A stretch of 64,000 nt of DNA, from the sequence record PP355766.1; one strand, 5' to 3'. The notes under the pieces were generated by a model, which saw only the letters and a program-made list of their open reading frames with translations, was not told where the DNA came from and made no database searches. Of this stretch, positions 61,879-64,000 are shown in pieces. The stretch's first letter is position 1. Each line of letters opens with the position of its first letter. Position numbers and translations under genes: made by a program.

Positions 61879-63645
61879 ATGACCAAACTAGTAGATTCGC
61901 TTCCGTTTGTAGACGGAATTCCAGACGATTTTCAACAGAGAATTAACTGGATAAAAAATACAGAGCCTCTTAATGGGGCTTCAACCCGCTATGGAAATGA
62001 TGGAGAACTGAATAGAGCTTCTGTGCAGATTCAGAAAAATGTGGTTCAGGTACATAACGATTTGAACAACGTTGGAACTGCTGTAGAAAATATTCAAGTA
62101 GATGTAGACCAAATCAAAAAATCGTTAGAAATTACAGGTTCTTCTGACGCCATTGAGCAGGTTTATATCAATAAAAAGAATATTGAAAAGCATGATGGAC
62201 AAATTCTTAAATTAGAAGAAGACACCGAAAAACTTCGAACTGACCTTGATTTTCTCGAAGAGGATGTAGGTGTTTATGATTCTAGTAAAGATGACTATTA
62301 CAGAACAGTTCGTGATAATATAGTTTGGGTTAAACGTGAAATTGGTGCGTATCCTGGGCAAGATATTAACGGACAGCCGAAGCAAGACTCTCCGGGTTCT
62401 GGTATGAAATACCGAATCATCAACAATGCGTCAGCTATAGTAAAACATGACGAGCGTATTCAGGCGCTAGAGGATGCATACAATGATTCAGACGTAGGTT
62501 CTCTGACTATTGAAGTAAACGACCTGCGTAAAGAAGTTGGTCCTAAATCCGGAGCCACTTCAGCTTCAATTTATGCAAGGCTTGTGAATAACGCTGATGC
62601 TATTTCCGCAGCTAATAATGAAATCTTTGCTATTAACCAAGCCATTGATTTTACCAATCCAGTAAAAATTGGAGCTCGTACTACTAGATTAGAAAACGAT
62701 TATCGTATAGTTGACGCAACACTTAACTCTGCACAAACCGGGTTAGTTCCTCGTGTCAATAATATTGATGCTCGTTTGGGGTCTTCTGATAAGCCTGATA
62801 CTATTGAAGGAAAAATTAGTTCTCTTTCAACTGACCAAGGGTACATTTCTGATGTTGTAGGACGTGATACTTCATCAGGGCTTCAGGGTCAAGTAGCATG
62901 GATAAATCAGCAAGTTGGTATTGTTCCTGGCGGACAGCCGATTCCTCCGGGGTCAATTTTAGCGAGAATGACCAATGTTGAAGGGATGCAAAACTCTCAG
63001 CAGTCTGCTATCCAGGACATTCAAGTAGAACTTGGCAATAACAGCGAAGGGTTAAAAGGTTCTGTATTTACGTTACAGACTCAAATGAATGGTGACTTTT
63101 CGTCAGAAAATCCGGTTCAGCGGGATGGTGTGTATGCCACTGTAGTAGAATTGCAAGATAAATTCGTGACTGCAGTTACTGACGTAGAACAAGATGGAGC
63201 ATACCTCCGTAAACGGGGCGAATGGTTTAAGAAGCCTTCATCAATAGGTGAATTCAGTAAAGAAGATTTCACTGTTGATTTAAGTTCTGATGCATTGGTA
63301 AATCCTAACTCATTGGTCGCTGCTTCATTTAATGCTGGCATTCGTATTGTTGATGATATTATTGTTGATGACGATGGCGTATTTTGTGTAGAAACTGATA
63401 CAGTTATCGAAGCTTCTGATTCAGATAAAGCTGTCCAAATTGTTATTCTCGTCAATAATATTGAGGTGTTTACTTATAGCCTAGGTGTTAAAGCAGTAAC
63501 CGGCGAGCAACTGTTGAAAACCAAGAAACTTATTAAGTTTTCGTCTGGCGATGCAATCAAAATTGTGTATAGAGCTGCTTCAGAAGAATCAAAAGTTCCT
63601 GTTAGTATTAAATCATTGGATATTACTATTCATCCAGCAGTATAA
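61879..63645 (+). CDS. wac: fibritin (Wac)
   Basis: LPFVDGIP...QQRINWIKN, coiled coil, foldon-like DGAYLRKRGEW. Confidence 0.95.
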   Translation: MTKLVDSLPFVDGIPDDFQQRINWIKNTEPLNGASTRYGNDGELNRASVQIQKNVVQVHNDLNNVGTAVENIQVDVDQIKKSLEITGSSDAIEQVYINKKNIEKHDGQILKLEEDTEKLRTDLDFLEEDVGVYDSSKDDYYRTVRDNIVWVKREIGAYPGQDINGQPKQDSPGSGMKYRIINNASAIVKHDERIQALEDAYNDSDVGSLTIEVNDLRKEVGPKSGATSASIYARLVNNADAISAANNEIFAINQAIDFTNPVKIGARTTRLENDYRIVDATLNSAQTGLVPRVNNIDARLGSSDKPDTIEGKISSLSTDQGYISDVVGRDTSSGLQGQVAWINQQVGIVPGGQPIPPGSILARMTNVEGMQNSQQSAIQDIQVELGNNSEGLKGSVFTLQTQMNGDFSSENPVQRDGVYATVVELQDKFVTAVTDVEQDGAYLRKRGEWFKKPSSIGEFSKEDFTVDLSSDALVNPNSLVAASFNAGIRIVDDIIVDDDGVFCVETDTVIEASDSDKAVQIVILVNNIEVFTYSLGVKAVTGEQLLKTKKLIKFSSGDAIKIVYRAASEESKVPVSIKSLDITIHPAV

Positions 63646-63647
63646 TG

Positions 63648-63671
63648 AAAGGGACCTTCGGGTCCCTTTTT
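63648..63671 (+). terminator. terminator after wac
   Basis: AAAGGGACC-TTCG-GGTCCCTTT-TT. Confidence 0.9.
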
Positions 63672-63673
63672 CG

Positions 63674-63681
63674 TATAAATA
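63674..63681 (+). promoter_or_regulatory. late promoter for gene 13
   Basis: TATAAATA. Confidence 0.85.
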
Positions 63682-63701
63682 GAATATAAAGAGGAGCTTA
63701 T

Positions 63702-64000
63702 ATGTCATACAACACATACAACCCAAAAACGCTTAAAGACGCTATACTTCGACGTCTAGGAGCGCCGGTAATTAATGTCGAAGTAACTGAAGACCAAATT
63801 TATGATTGTATTCAACGAGCATTAGAGTTGTATGGTGAATACCACTTTAACGGATTGAATAAAGGCTATCAAGTTTTTTATATTGGAAAAGATGAAGCTG
63901 ACAACGCAAGATTTTTAAATGGTGTGTTTGATTTGCGTGGTCGTAATGTATTTGCTGTCACTCAAATCGTTAGAACAAATGTAGGTTCATTAACTTCAAT
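63702..64000 (+). CDS. 13: neck protein gp13 (5' part, runs off the window)
   Basis: [38 protein letters not shown]. Confidence 0.95.
   Translation, partial: MSYNTYNPKTLKDAILRRLGAPVINVEVTEDQIYDCIQRALELYGEYHFNGLNKGYQVFYIGKDEADNARFLNGVFDLRGRNVFAVTQIVRTNVGSLTS

Larger units (their letters stand above)
55259..64000. other. Segment C: T4-like genome fragment, gp7 to gp13
   Basis: Baseplate wedge, fibre and neck gene order of T4-like phages. Confidence 0.95.

Noticed and set aside
1-64000. CRISPR array, IS/transposase or integrase
   Set aside because: No regularly spaced repeats or mobile-element genes found; the repeats seen are promoters, hairpins or coding repeats
31873-64000. A real T5 x T4 recombinant or nested prophage
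   Set aside because: Both joins break essential genes with no att site or homology and the T4 segments are out of map order; an artefact is far more parsimonious

Overview
The window is not one continuous genome. It contains three phage segments joined in the middle of genes. Segment A (1-31872) is a T5-like siphophage (Demerecviridae). It has a minus-strand cluster of 15 tRNAs with small ORFs and several structured non-coding RNAs in between, then a SleB-type cell-wall hydrolase, a DEDDh exonuclease, rnh, thyA, frd, nrdB, nrdA and phoH. On the plus strand follow nrdD, Sir2, obp, D2, D3, a split NAD-dependent ligase, D5, the helicase and a primase cut inside its TOPRIM domain. Segment B (31873-55258) is a T4-like myophage (Straboviridae), running from the 3' end of uvsW through the baseplate hub genes, alt, ligase gp30, the 30.x genes, rIII, 31, cd, pseT, the spanins and alc to a 5'-truncated rnlA. 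Segment C (55259-64000) is also T4-like, from the 3' part of gp7 through gp8-gp12 and wac into gp13. The joins look like assembly or concatenation artefacts. The best candidate for an undescribed system is a set of structured non-coding RNAs in the T5-like tRNA region: a ~1.25 kb ORF-free, multi-helix locus (5570-6840) containing an anticodon-less tRNA-like module, plus several 100-190 nt RNAs between tRNAs. A VbhA-like Fic-antitoxin microprotein lies in the same region. All calls were made by eye from motifs and remembered family features; no searches or folding programs were run.
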